The notes: generated from the sequence alone by a model not told the origin. DNA of 64,000 nucleotides from an uncultured Candidatus Saccharibacteria bacterium (GCA_964602145.1 CAZRPP010000001.1:2043-66042), one strand, 5' to 3'; shown: positions 38,952 to 48,201, counted from the stretch's first letter. Numbers and translations are program-made.

Positions 38952-40196
38952 CTACCTGCCTAAGGGGTGTATGAGCCGCCACAAAATGCTGGGCTTGGCC
39001 GGCGCGTCTTTCAGAACGATGGGAACTGATAGTTCATCGCTGAGAGCTGTTTTATCGACATGAGCGCTACCAACCTCCTGGGACGCGCGCGCGTCGTATT
39101 TGATTGTGTTAAGAGCCAGCTTGGCTTTAATTGTGTCGCCGCGCAGAACCGTGATATGTAAGTCTGCGGCCGCTACCGCCTGGATGCGTCCACCGGCAGG
39201 TGGGTTATAGTTGCCCAGCACATCACCTTTATGAATAATGACCGTGTCGGCGGTTGTGGTGCGGGCGGCAGCTAACAAGCTATTAGAGTCAATCAGGGCC
39301 CTATCTAGTGAGGGTGCCCCCATAATGGCTGTCAGTAGTGTGGTGGTCTTGCCGTTAACAGTTGCCGTGGTAGCACCCATAAAAGCGCCGGGATTTTGAT
39401 CGTTGTTACCAGTTTTTATGCCGATAATGCCATTTTTGCCCAGCAGCCCATTGACGTTATAGACAACTCCAGCATTAGGGATAGTGGCCTCTTTAAGACC
39501 AACAATTTCTCTAACTACTGGATTGTCCATGGCAAGTGCGCCAAGCTTTACCAAATCATGCGCCGTGGAAGTACTATCTGGCGCTAAACCGCTGGCATCG
39601 CTGCCAACCTGGGTTTGCGTGAGACCATGCTTTTTAAGATAGGCACGAGCCGCCGTTTGATAATTGGCCAAAGATCCGTGACTCCAATTAGTGAGCGTAT
39701 CGGCAATATTATTGGCGGAGGGCAACAGTAGTGCTTCTAGCATCTGACGTTGCGTCAGTGAACTACCAGCCAGGACCGGCGTAACGGAGCCGTCTTGCGC
39801 GACGTAATTGTTATAAATGGCTACATCTGCCTCTGTAATGGGGATTGCAGGCCCATCTTCATTTATGGCTAAGGGTTTTTTCTCTAGTACAACCAATGCG
39901 GTTAACACCTTGGTGGTGCTGGCAGTTGCCAGCGGCGATTGGGCACCATGGGTGGCCAAAACTCGGTCCGGCCCAGTTGCCCCAAAAGCCGCCTGGCCAT
40001 AGGCAGGCCAGGGCAAGTTAGCTACCGGGGTGGTTATGGCTAACTGATTTTCTGCCTGCTCTGGCGCAATAGTGTGCCACGGCCAGAAAATTGCCCCAAG
40101 CGCATACAAGACAACAGGCAGGACCAGCCATAATCGGTGTCTTTTATGTCTGTTTCTGGCCCGGTAGGAGGGTCGTTTGTTTCTTCTGATATTCAC
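38952..40196 (-). CDS. D-alanyl-D-alanine carboxypeptidase (S11, PBP5/6-like)
   Basis: SxxK (ASTTKVLT), SxN (PSANN) and KTG (IKTGNN) motifs, with an N-terminal anchor. Confidence 0.85.
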   Translation of the reverse strand: MNIRRNKRPSYRARNRHKRHRLWLVLPVVLYALGAIFWPWHTIAPEQAENQLAITTPVANLPWPAYGQAAFGATGPDRVLATHGAQSPLATASTTKVLTALVVLEKKPLAINEDGPAIPITEADVAIYNNYVAQDGSVTPVLAGSSLTQRQMLEALLLPSANNIADTLTNWSHGSLANYQTAARAYLKKHGLTQTQVGSDASGLAPDSTSTAHDLVKLGALAMDNPVVREIVGLKEATIPNAGVVYNVNGLLGKNGIIGIKTGNNDQNPGAFMGATTATVNGKTTTLLTAIMGAPSLDRALIDSNSLLAAARTTTADTVIIHKGDVLGNYNPPAGGRIQAVAAADLHITVLRGDTIKAKLALNTIKYDARASQEVGSAHVDKTALSDELSVPIVLKDAPAKPSILWRLIHPLGR

Positions 40197-40239
40197 TAGA
40201 ATTATGATACACTAAAAGTACTTACTAAGGAGGCTCCCT

Positions 40240-40806
40240 ATGTCACTAATTGTTATTCTTGGAATTGTTCTAGCAGTCATTGTTGTTGCCGGCGTTGTTA
40301 TGTACAACGGCTTGGTGCGTCTTAACCAGCGCGTGGAAGAAGCTTGGTCCGATATTACTGTCCAGCTCAAGCGCCGCTACGACCTTATTCCTAACCTGGT
40401 AAACACCGTTAAGGGCTACGCCGCACACGAAAAAACTGTCCTAGAAGATGTTACCAAAGCACGCACTGATGCCATGGGCGCTCAGGGTGTAGAGGCTACT
40501 GCTAAGGCAGAAAACGCCTTTGAGAGCACGCTAAAAAGCCTATTTGCCGTTGCAGAAAGCTATCCAGACCTAAAGGCCAGCCAAAACTTCCAGCAGCTGC
40601 AGGCAGAATTGGTAGACACAGAAGACAAAATCCAAGCTGCTCGCCGCTTCTACAATGGCGCCGTTCGGGACTTTAACACTAAGCGCAAAGTATTCCCAAC
40701 CAACATTTTTGCCAGCATGCTCGGCTTTAAAGAAGACAAAAAATACTTTGAGCTGGATGAAGCGGGCAGCGCTGCCGTAGCTAACCCAGTTGACGTTAAG
40801 TTCTAA
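40240..40806 (+). CDS. LemA family protein
   Basis: TM helix plus YNGLVRLNQRVEEAWSDITVQLKRRYDLIPNLV. Confidence 0.9.
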   Translation: MSLIVILGIVLAVIVVAGVVMYNGLVRLNQRVEEAWSDITVQLKRRYDLIPNLVNTVKGYAAHEKTVLEDVTKARTDAMGAQGVEATAKAENAFESTLKSLFAVAESYPDLKASQNFQQLQAELVDTEDKIQAARRFYNGAVRDFNTKRKVFPTNIFASMLGFKEDKKYFELDEAGSAAVANPVDVKF

Positions 40807-40814
40807 GAGGCTTC

Positions 40815-41696
40815 ATGTACTCAGCTATTGCCGCTAACAAGCGTAAAACAATCTATATTATGGCCGTTTTCCTGGTGTTTATCGGCGGCTTACTCTGGCT
40901 GTTCGATAAAATGTACGCCGGCGGCCAGCCCACTATTTTCTATGGTTCTTTAGTTGGTTCATTGGTCTACGTTGTGATTAGCTATTTTGCCGGCGCCCGC
41001 ATGGCCACGGCCGTCAATGGTGCACAGGAAATCCAGAAATCGGATAATCCACGACTCTGGCGCATGGTAGAAAATCTGGCCATAACAGAGGGTTTGCCCA
41101 TGCCAAAAGTCTACATTATGGACGATTCAGCGCCCAATGCCTTTGCCACCGGCCGCAACCCAGAAAACGCGGTGGTTTGCGCTACCTCAGGCATCTTAGA
41201 AATCATGAATGATACAGAGCTGCAAGCCGTCCTGGCGCACGAAATGGGCCACGTTAAAAACTATGATATCCGCGTTACCATGATTGCCTTTGCGCTCACC
41301 TCCGTCATTTCCTTAATTGCCGATTTTATTCTGCGTGCCACCTGGTTTAGTAGTAACGATAGGGAAAACAAAAGTCCCGTTTTCATGATTGCCGGCATTG
41401 TGGCTGCCCTTGTAGCGCCACTGGTTGCAACCATGATTCAGCTGGCAATTTCCCGCCAACGCGAATATCTGGCCGATGCCTCCAGCGCCATGGCCACCCG
41501 CCACCCGGACGGTCTCATTAGTGCGTTGCAAAAGTTAGAAGAGTACGGCACCACGCTGCAGAAGCAGAACACCGCCACTGCGCACTTGTTTTTTGCTAAC
41601 CCGCTTAAGCCCGGCATGCTGGCTGGCCTGTTTAGCACGCACCCGCCAATTCCAGAACGGATTGCTCGTTTGCAGGAAATGGGTGGCAAATTGTAA
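40815..41696 (+). CDS. htpX: M48 zinc metalloprotease HtpX-like
   Basis: HEMGHV motif, four TM helices, and EYLAD downstream. Confidence 0.85.
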   Translation: MYSAIAANKRKTIYIMAVFLVFIGGLLWLFDKMYAGGQPTIFYGSLVGSLVYVVISYFAGARMATAVNGAQEIQKSDNPRLWRMVENLAITEGLPMPKVYIMDDSAPNAFATGRNPENAVVCATSGILEIMNDTELQAVLAHEMGHVKNYDIRVTMIAFALTSVISLIADFILRATWFSSNDRENKSPVFMIAGIVAALVAPLVATMIQLAISRQREYLADASSAMATRHPDGLISALQKLEEYGTTLQKQNTATAHLFFANPLKPGMLAGLFSTHPPIPERIARLQEMGGKL

Positions 41697-42595
41697 TGGC
41701 CAAGGCTGTCAAAAAAAAGCCTGTCACTCCAAAAAAAGCTCCTGCGATACAGCCCATTTTGCCTACTAGAGTGCCATCTGGTCGGCAAACTATTGCACGA
41801 GCCGTCAAACTAGTTGGTCACAGCAAACTATTGTTTAGTGGTATCATCGGGTGGTATTTACTTATGAACTTGTTATTTGTACAGACGCTAGCCAATGGCC
41901 AAAACATTAGCACGCTGCAAGCCAACCTCAAGAGTGGTAATGGCACTGTTATGGCCGATTTTAGCCGACTAATCGCCGGTAGCGGCGCCAGCAACACTCC
42001 CGCCGGCGGCGCCTACGGTTTATTCCTGACCATTATTCTGAGCCTAGCAATCATCTGGACACTGCGCCAACTGCTGGCTGGCCGCATCCCTCGCGTGCGG
42101 GATAGCTACTACCGCGGCATGTTCCCGCTGGTGCCATTTGTGCTCGTTTTGGCGCTCATTGGTCTGCAGCTGTTGCCGCTGCTAATAGGCGCCACACTCT
42201 ACAATATTGCCGTTACTAACGGGATTGTGGTCAATCTGTTCCAGCAAATTGTGGCTGGGCTATTAGCGCTGGCTTTAGCGCTACTCAGTTTTTACTGGAT
42301 TGCGTCCTCCAGTATGGCGCTGTATATCGTAACCCTGGCCGATATGCAGCCTCGCCAAGCACTCAAGTCTGCCAAGGACTTAGCAAAAGGCAAGCGCTGG
42401 GCAATTGTGCTCAGGATTATTTTCTTGCCGGTGGCGTTATTGCTCGCGGCCGCACTGCTGTTGATCCCGACTGTTCTGATAGCGCCGGCACTGGCTAATA
42501 TTCTCTTGTTTATCCTGGGTGCCGTGGCGCTGTTAATTACCCACGCCTACCTATTTAGCTTATACAGGGGATTGCTCCCAGATGAACAAAACTGA
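41696..42595 (+). CDS. Membrane protein, unknown function
   Basis: Basic N-terminus followed by about six TM helices. Translationally coupled to htpX (ATG overlaps the stop). Confidence 0.5.
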   Translation: MAKAVKKKPVTPKKAPAIQPILPTRVPSGRQTIARAVKLVGHSKLLFSGIIGWYLLMNLLFVQTLANGQNISTLQANLKSGNGTVMADFSRLIAGSGASNTPAGGAYGLFLTIILSLAIIWTLRQLLAGRIPRVRDSYYRGMFPLVPFVLVLALIGLQLLPLLIGATLYNIAVTNGIVVNLFQQIVAGLLALALALLSFYWIASSSMALYIVTLADMQPRQALKSAKDLAKGKRWAIVLRIIFLPVALLLAAALLLIPTVLIAPALANILLFILGAVALLITHAYLFSLYRGLLPDEQN

Positions 42596-44585
42596 CGCCG
42601 GCGCGCGCATCGTCAAACTGCGCGAGCTGATTAACGATTATCGCTATCACTACCATGTGCTCAACGAGTCGCTCATGTCGGAAGAAGCGGCCGATAGCTT
42701 AAAGCACGAACTAACGCTACTGGAAACCGAATTCCCAGATTTGATAACCGCCGATTCGCCCACACAGCGCGTGGCCGGTGCCCCCGCCGCCGGTTTTATT
42801 AGTGTGCCACATTCGCGCCGCATGCTCAGCCTAAACGATGTTTTTGACTACGATGAAATCCGCGCCTGGGTAGCGCGCCTCCAGAAGCTATTGCCAGACA
42901 CCAAGCTCAGCTACTTTGCCGATATAAAAATGGACGGCTTGGCTTGCGCACTCATCTACGAAGATGGCTTGCTAACCCGCGCCATTACCCGCGGCGACGG
43001 CTTTACCGGCGAGGATGTGACGCTCAATGTCCGCACAATAGAATCCGTGCCGCTCCGGCTGCGGACGTTTGATGGCCTGGAAAAAGGTCGCACGGAAATC
43101 CGTGGCGAAATTGTCATGTACAAGGAAGATTTTGACAGGCTCAATAAAGAACGGGCCACTGCTGGTCAGTCGCTGTTTGCAAATCCACGCAACCTGGCCG
43201 CTGGCACGATCCGCCAGTTAGACCCAGCCTTGGTGGCCGCCCGCCCGCTGCATTTCCGCGGCTATGATTTGCAACGTGAAAACCTAGCAGAAACGCCCAG
43301 TAATACCTATGAATATAAGGCTATGCACGCCTTGGGTATTTTGGTAAATCAGAAAACCTGCACTACCAATAACCTAGACGACATCTTTGCCTACATAGAA
43401 AAATGGTCAGACCGGCGGCACGATTTGCCCTACAACACGGACGGTTTGGTCATAAAAATTGATAACCGCGAACTGTATGAGCGTCTGGGTGTGGTGGGCA
43501 AAGCGCCGCGCGCCGCCGTGGCGTTTAAGTACGCTGCGGAACAAGCAACCACCCGCGTGAAGGACATTTTTATTAGCATTGGCCGCACCGGCTCTGCCAC
43601 ACCGGTGGCAATGCTAGAACCAGTGGTCGTGGCGGGCAGCACCGTGCAAATGGCCACCTTGCATAACGAATCAGAAATTGCTCGCAAAGACATCCGCGTG
43701 GGCGACACGGTCATTGTTCATAAAGCTGGCGACATTATTCCAGAAATTGTCGAGCCGCTGCTTGCCTTGCGTGATGGCTCAGAAAAACCCTTTGTCATGC
43801 CCGTGGCGTGCCCAGATTGCGGTACCCCGTTGGCCAAAGCAAAAGCCGAAGATGCTGCCTGGCGTTGTCCCAACGTAAACTGCCCGGCCCGCGCCTGGAA
43901 ACGAATCGAACATTATGCCAGCAAAGGCGCGCTGGACATTGAAGGCCTGGGCGAGAAAAACGTGATTGCACTCCTAGACGCCGGATTAATAGAAGACACG
44001 GCCGATATTTATAGCTTAACTGCTGACCAGCTGCTCAATTTGGATCGCTTTGCGGAAGTATCGGCCAACAAATTAGTGGCCGCCATTCAGGCCAAGACCC
44101 AGCCGCCTTTGGCGCGTTTTGTCTACGGCTTGGGCATACGGCACATCGGCACGCAAACTGCCATAGATTTAGCCAATCATTTCCGGTCTTTGGAGGCTTT
44201 GCAAACCGCTACTATAGATGAGCTTTCGAGCGTGGACGGGGTAGGCGAGGTAGTTGCAGAATCAGTCGTAGAATTTTTTGCGGAAGACGCCACGCACGAG
44301 CTTCTGCGCAAATTTAGAGAGCATACTGTTTGGCCGCTGCCGGTAGAGCAGGTCGGTGGGCCGCTGGCCGGCCAGAATTTTGTGATTACCGGCTCTTTGC
44401 AGTCCATGAGCCGCGACCAAGCCGCGGAAAAAATCAGGGCGTTGGGCGGGACATTCCAATCATCTTTAGGTAAAGATACGGACTTTTTGGTGGTGGGCGC
44501 TAATGTGGGCGCGTCCAAACTGGCCAAGGCGGCTAAGTACGGCACCAAGCAGCTGTCAGAGGTGGAGCTTTTGGAACAATTATGA
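42582..44585 (+). CDS. ligA: NAD-dependent DNA ligase
   Basis: Adenylation KMDG, OB fold, Zn Cys4 (CPDCG...CPNVNCP), HhH repeats and BRCT. Confidence 0.95.
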   Translation: MNKTDAGARIVKLRELINDYRYHYHVLNESLMSEEAADSLKHELTLLETEFPDLITADSPTQRVAGAPAAGFISVPHSRRMLSLNDVFDYDEIRAWVARLQKLLPDTKLSYFADIKMDGLACALIYEDGLLTRAITRGDGFTGEDVTLNVRTIESVPLRLRTFDGLEKGRTEIRGEIVMYKEDFDRLNKERATAGQSLFANPRNLAAGTIRQLDPALVAARPLHFRGYDLQRENLAETPSNTYEYKAMHALGILVNQKTCTTNNLDDIFAYIEKWSDRRHDLPYNTDGLVIKIDNRELYERLGVVGKAPRAAVAFKYAAEQATTRVKDIFISIGRTGSATPVAMLEPVVVAGSTVQMATLHNESEIARKDIRVGDTVIVHKAGDIIPEIVEPLLALRDGSEKPFVMPVACPDCGTPLAKAKAEDAAWRCPNVNCPARAWKRIEHYASKGALDIEGLGEKNVIALLDAGLIEDTADIYSLTADQLLNLDRFAEVSANKLVAAIQAKTQPPLARFVYGLGIRHIGTQTAIDLANHFRSLEALQTATIDELSSVDGVGEVVAESVVEFFAEDATHELLRKFREHTVWPLPVEQVGGPLAGQNFVITGSLQSMSRDQAAEKIRALGGTFQSSLGKDTDFLVVGANVGASKLAKAAKYGTKQLSEVELLEQL

Positions 44586-44681
44586 TTACTAACGAAACGC
44601 AATTTCAGGCAGAACTCGAGCACGTAGTGGCAGAAGCGGGGCGGTTGGTTAGCTAAACTTGTCCTTGAACAGGAACTGGCA

Positions 44682-45038
44682 GTGGACACAGCATGTTTTT
44701 TCAGTTCAAGTCCCGAAGAATACACGCTTCTTCTAAAAAAGGTTATAGCGGCCGGTCCGGTTTCTGAGTTTAGTCATGGCGTAACCACTTATGTTAATGT
44801 TGACATGCAGGTCGCCGGCCAACACTTGGGCTTGCTAGGCGTGCGGCAGCCCGATGTCATCAGGCAAGAACGCGGCTACGGCGACTATTCGGTTGATTTT
44901 TTTGATATTCTCCTAGGGCAAATTGACAAAAATCCCTATGCCCAACCAATCACGAGCGGCCGCGGCAAAACGCTCATAGAGCTCAAGCACCCAGATTTTG
45001 ACGTACGGGGTTATGTCGTTAACGCACACGATCAATAG
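44682..45038 (+). CDS. Hypothetical protein, possibly the 3' part of a frameshifted gene
   Basis: GTG-start ORF. A 24-codon ATG ORF (44582-44656) in another frame, coupled to the ligA stop, overlaps the upstream open part of this frame. Confidence 0.35.
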   Translation: MDTACFFSSSPEEYTLLLKKVIAAGPVSEFSHGVTTYVNVDMQVAGQHLGLLGVRQPDVIRQERGYGDYSVDFFDILLGQIDKNPYAQPITSGRGKTLIELKHPDFDVRGYVVNAHDQ

Positions 45039-45111
45039 GCACGTTGTAAATAATACCCAATCTGTTAATTTCAAAAGTTAATAATTATTTCATGACTCGA
45101 TTCCTGAGCCG

Positions 45112-45120
45112 TGCTACTAT
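45112..45120 (+). promoter_or_regulatory. Extended -10 box (TGCTACTAT) for cassette copy A
   Basis: TGnTAnnnT lies 9 nt before ATG 45130. The same box (TGTTACTAT) precedes copy B. Confidence 0.5.
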
Positions 45121-45129
45121 GCGCGGGCT

Positions 45130-45546
45130 ATGGAGTTCAGATCTAAACATAACCGTTACGGACAGACATCGTATGTTGATGTCGTTAAATGGGCGAGAGC
45201 AATATATAAGCCCATGGCAGACAAAACAAAACGTCAGCCATATGTTAGGTCCGCCTATTTTGATAATCAAAAGATCTTATTAGCCACATTTTGGTTGCAT
45301 ATCAAGCCAAAGAACTCCACTGATAAGGCAAGGCGACTGAGGTTTTACTTGGCAGCAATCGATCTTATTGCTCATACAAAAATAGGGCCAGAGCTCAAGA
45401 AAAGTACAGGAGCTACAACGGCATACTATCGATTTTTTGGACGAACAAAAGATGGACATCCATTCGTAGTTCAAATTAAAGAAAACACAAAAACAGGCAG
45501 AAAAGATCTGATTTCAATATTTCCGGCATCAAAAAAAGACTTCTGA
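45130..45546 (+). CDS. Basic 138-aa protein of unknown function, paralog of 62954-63376 (copy A)
   Basis: Aligns end to end with copy B (RRQPYVRS, FW.H, AAIDLI, YYRFFGRTKDG..F.VQI, RKDL.S.F). Appears AT-richer than its flanks by eye. Confidence 0.7.
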   Translation: MEFRSKHNRYGQTSYVDVVKWARAIYKPMADKTKRQPYVRSAYFDNQKILLATFWLHIKPKNSTDKARRLRFYLAAIDLIAHTKIGPELKKSTGATTAYYRFFGRTKDGHPFVVQIKENTKTGRKDLISIFPASKKDF

Positions 45547-45620
45547 CCAATTTGTGGTTCAAAAGCCCACGGCCGAAAAGTCTTTAATGGTATTCTAGCA
45601 CGCCCAAGTATTGTGTCAAT
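45531..45620 (+). repeat. Structured 3' unit A1
   Basis: Outer stem AAAGACTT (45535-42) / AAGTCTTT (45578-85); inner stem GTGG (45554-57) / CCAC (45567-70). CACGGCCGAAA core. Tail ends in TGTCAA. Confidence 0.6.
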
Positions 45621-45705
45621 AAAAAAGACTCTCCGCCAGGTTATGTAACGTATTACACGGCCGAAAGCCTTTAGCTAATAATAACTAAACGCGAGAGCTG
45701 TCAAC
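45621..45705 (+). repeat. Structured 3' unit A2
   Basis: Outer stem AAAGACT (45624-30) / AGCCTTT (45666-72) with one A.C mismatch; inner stem TGTAA (45644-48) / TTACA (45653-57). Same CACGGCCGAAA core and TGTCAA tail. Confidence 0.6.
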
Positions 45706-45727
45706 AGGGGCTCGCTTACCGTATACT
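45699..45727 (+). promoter_or_regulatory. Putative corA promoter (TGTCAA-17-TATACT), leaderless
   Basis: The -10 box ends 6 nt before ATG 45734. The -35-like hexamer is the tail of unit A2. Confidence 0.4.
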
Positions 45728-45733
45728 AGAGGC

Positions 45734-46663
45734 ATGATCAAGTATTTCTACAAAAGCCTCCGCGCGGGTGATTTACAGGATTTGCCTATAAGCCGTCGCG
45801 GCGCGTGGGTACATGTAGAAACACCCACCAGCGAAGAGCTGGCGGAAATTCAGCAGCAATTCAACCTAGATCCCGGTATGCTTCAGGACGCCCTGGATGA
45901 AGACGAGCAGCCGCGGCTGGAAAAAGAAGATGGCATAACCTATGTCTATGTGCGTTTTGCGTACCGCAAAGCCAATGGCGATTTTGATACCGCGCCGCTG
46001 CTGCTCATTCCGCTGGCAGAAAACCTGGTTACTATTACGCCGCGGCCGTTGCCGGTGCTGGGGCAATTTACCAGCGGCCGTAAAGCTTTTGCTACTACCC
46101 AAAAAGCTAAATTGTTGCTGCAGATTTTGAGCAGCATTAGCGACCAGTACGACGTATTTATTAGCCAGACGACGCGCAGGATTAAAGGGGTGCGCGGTCG
46201 GCTCAAAGGGCACGGTATTACTAATCAGGACTTCTTAGATTTTGTAACCATTGAAGACGAGCTCAACGAGTTTTTGAGTGCGCTGCAGCCCAATAATGCC
46301 ACGCTTAGACGGCTGCTGGCCGGCAGACACTTGCCGCTGCACGAGGAAGACCAAGACCTAGTAGAAGACCTGCTGCTTAGCAACGAACAATCCATTGAAG
46401 GGTCGCGTGCCAACCTAAAGTCTATTACTAACATTCGCGATGCCTACACGGCCATTAGCTCCAACAACCTAAACCGCACCATTGAAATCCTGACCATGAT
46501 TACCGTAGCAGTGCAGATTCCTAACCTGTTCTACGCCATGTTTGGCATGAACGTACATGTGCCGTGGCAAAACGAGGTACGCGGTTTTTGGGTGGCAATA
46601 ATAATTAGCCTGGTCCCGCTGATTTTACTCTGGGTAATTGCTAAAAAACGTCGAATTCTATAA
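45734..46663 (+). CDS. corA: CorA-family magnesium/cobalt transporter
   Basis: YAMFGMNV (GMN motif) followed by two C-terminal TM helices. Confidence 0.85.
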   Translation: MIKYFYKSLRAGDLQDLPISRRGAWVHVETPTSEELAEIQQQFNLDPGMLQDALDEDEQPRLEKEDGITYVYVRFAYRKANGDFDTAPLLLIPLAENLVTITPRPLPVLGQFTSGRKAFATTQKAKLLLQILSSISDQYDVFISQTTRRIKGVRGRLKGHGITNQDFLDFVTIEDELNEFLSALQPNNATLRRLLAGRHLPLHEEDQDLVEDLLLSNEQSIEGSRANLKSITNIRDAYTAISSNNLNRTIEILTMITVAVQIPNLFYAMFGMNVHVPWQNEVRGFWVAIIISLVPLILLWVIAKKRRIL

Positions 46664-46699
46664 AAAAAGAACCCCGGGTTGGAGTTCTAGAAAACAATG

Positions 46700-46776
46700 T
46701 GGTGGAGCATATCGGATTCGAACCGATGACCTCCTCGATGCCATCGAGGCGCGCTAGCCAACTGCGCCAATGCCCC
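46700..46776 (-). tRNA. tRNA-Ala(GGC), CCA encoded
   Basis: Acceptor GGGGCAT/ATGCTCC with G3:U70, anticodon loop ATGGCAT. Confidence 0.85.
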
Positions 46777-46866
46777 CTAAAAGGTAACAGAGAGAGTATA
46801 GCAAAAATCCTTCTGTTTGCATAGGGCGCGGCGGGGCACTACAATAGAAGGATAACAGGAGGCACT

Positions 46867-47631
46867 ATGGAAATCGTTTGGATTACGCTACTAGTGATTA
46901 TAGGAACAATCATTGCACAGGGCATTCGCATTATTAACCAATATGAGCGCGGTGTGGTCTTCCGCCTGGGTAAAGTTAGGGCAGAGGTCAAGCAGCCCGG
47001 CTTGCGCCTTATTATTCCAGTTGTGGACCAGATGCGCAAAGTCAGCATGCAAATCGTGACTCTGCCAGTAGACAGCCAGAAAATCATCACCAAAGATAAC
47101 GTCTCGATTGACGTTTCCGCAGTGGCTTACTACCAGGTGACTGACCCGATTAAATCAGTGGTAGAAATTCAAAATGTGGTGTCTGCTATTTATCAGATTG
47201 CGCAGACCACGGTTCGTAATATTGTGGGCCAGAGCTCCTTGGATGAAGTTTTGAGTGAAACCACCGTCATTAACGAAAAGATTAAAGTCGTCCTAGAGCA
47301 ACAAACGGAGAAGTGGGGTATTTTTGTTAGCACGGTAGAAGTTAAAGATATTCAGCTGCCGGAAAGCATGCAGCGCGCCATGGCTAAGCAGGCCGAGGCC
47401 GAGCGTGAAAAGCGCGCCAAAGTTATCGCCGCTGAGGGTGAGCAATTATCTGCCGCCAAACTTGGTGAAGCTGCTGATATTATTGCCGCTCATCCAATTG
47501 CTTTGCAGCTTCGGAATCTGCAAGTCTTGTCCGACATTGCGGTGGAAAAGAACAGTACCATAGTTTTCCCGTCGCAGTTTATGGACACCATTTCTAGCGT
47601 TAAGAACTTTATGGCCAAAGAAGTTAGATAG
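46867..47631 (+). CDS. SPFH/Band 7 (stomatin/slipin-like) protein
   Basis: TM helix plus [16 protein letters not shown]... and a C-terminal AEAEREKRA coiled coil. Confidence 0.85.
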   Translation: MEIVWITLLVIIGTIIAQGIRIINQYERGVVFRLGKVRAEVKQPGLRLIIPVVDQMRKVSMQIVTLPVDSQKIITKDNVSIDVSAVAYYQVTDPIKSVVEIQNVVSAIYQIAQTTVRNIVGQSSLDEVLSETTVINEKIKVVLEQQTEKWGIFVSTVEVKDIQLPESMQRAMAKQAEAEREKRAKVIAAEGEQLSAAKLGEAADIIAAHPIALQLRNLQVLSDIAVEKNSTIVFPSQFMDTISSVKNFMAKEVR

Positions 47632-47634
47632 CCC

Positions 47635-47952
47635 ATGAGCTTATCACAAATACAAAAACAGATTGACGATACAGTTCAGCCCTACGCTAAGCCCTATTGG
47701 GAGCCGCTTAGTATACTAGCGCGCATCACTGAAGAGGTGGGTGAGATTGCACGAATTTTAAATGCACAATATGGTGACAAACCGCTGAAAAAAGATGAAT
47801 CTCCGGAAGAGCTTTCAGGCGAGATTGCCGATGTTATGTACGCCTTATTTTGTCTGGCCAACAGAGAAGGAATTAACCTAGATCAACCCATGCAAGACTG
47901 TATCAATAAACTATTGACTCGTGATAAAGATCGATTCGACAAAAAATCATAG
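47635..47952 (+). CDS. MazG-like nucleotide pyrophosphohydrolase
   Basis: EEVGEIARIL ... ELSGEIADVMYALFCLAN (EExxE/ExxD helices). Confidence 0.7.
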   Translation: MSLSQIQKQIDDTVQPYAKPYWEPLSILARITEEVGEIARILNAQYGDKPLKKDESPEELSGEIADVMYALFCLANREGINLDQPMQDCINKLLTRDKDRFDKKS

Positions 47953-48091
47953 AACTCCTCCCAAATCGCAAAAATCTTTGATTTTTGTTCCTCCATGCGC
48001 TGCTCGCTAAAAACAAAGGTATTTGTTTTTAGCAGCGCTGCTCCTCAGCCGAGCTGCTTTGCAGTTTGGATCTGGGAAGATACTTACCAAA

Positions 48092-48123
48092 GTAAAACCC
48101 CCAAATTTCTTTGGGGGTTTTAC
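48092..48123. terminator. Bidirectional hairpin terminator next to tRNA-Phe
   Basis: GTAAAACCCCCAAA-tttc-TTTGGGGGTTTTAC, a 14-bp perfect stem. Confidence 0.8.
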
Positions 48124-48125
48124 TT

Positions 48126-48201
48126 TGGTGGCTCCTCCCAGACTCGAACTGGGGACACAAGGCTCTTCAGGCCTCTGCTCTACCAACTGAGCTAAAGAGC
48201 C
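48126..48201 (-). tRNA. tRNA-Phe(GAA), CCA encoded
   Basis: Acceptor GGCTCTT/AGGAGCC, anticodon loop CTGAAGA, T-arm CCCAG-TTCGAGT-CTGGG. Confidence 0.9.
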
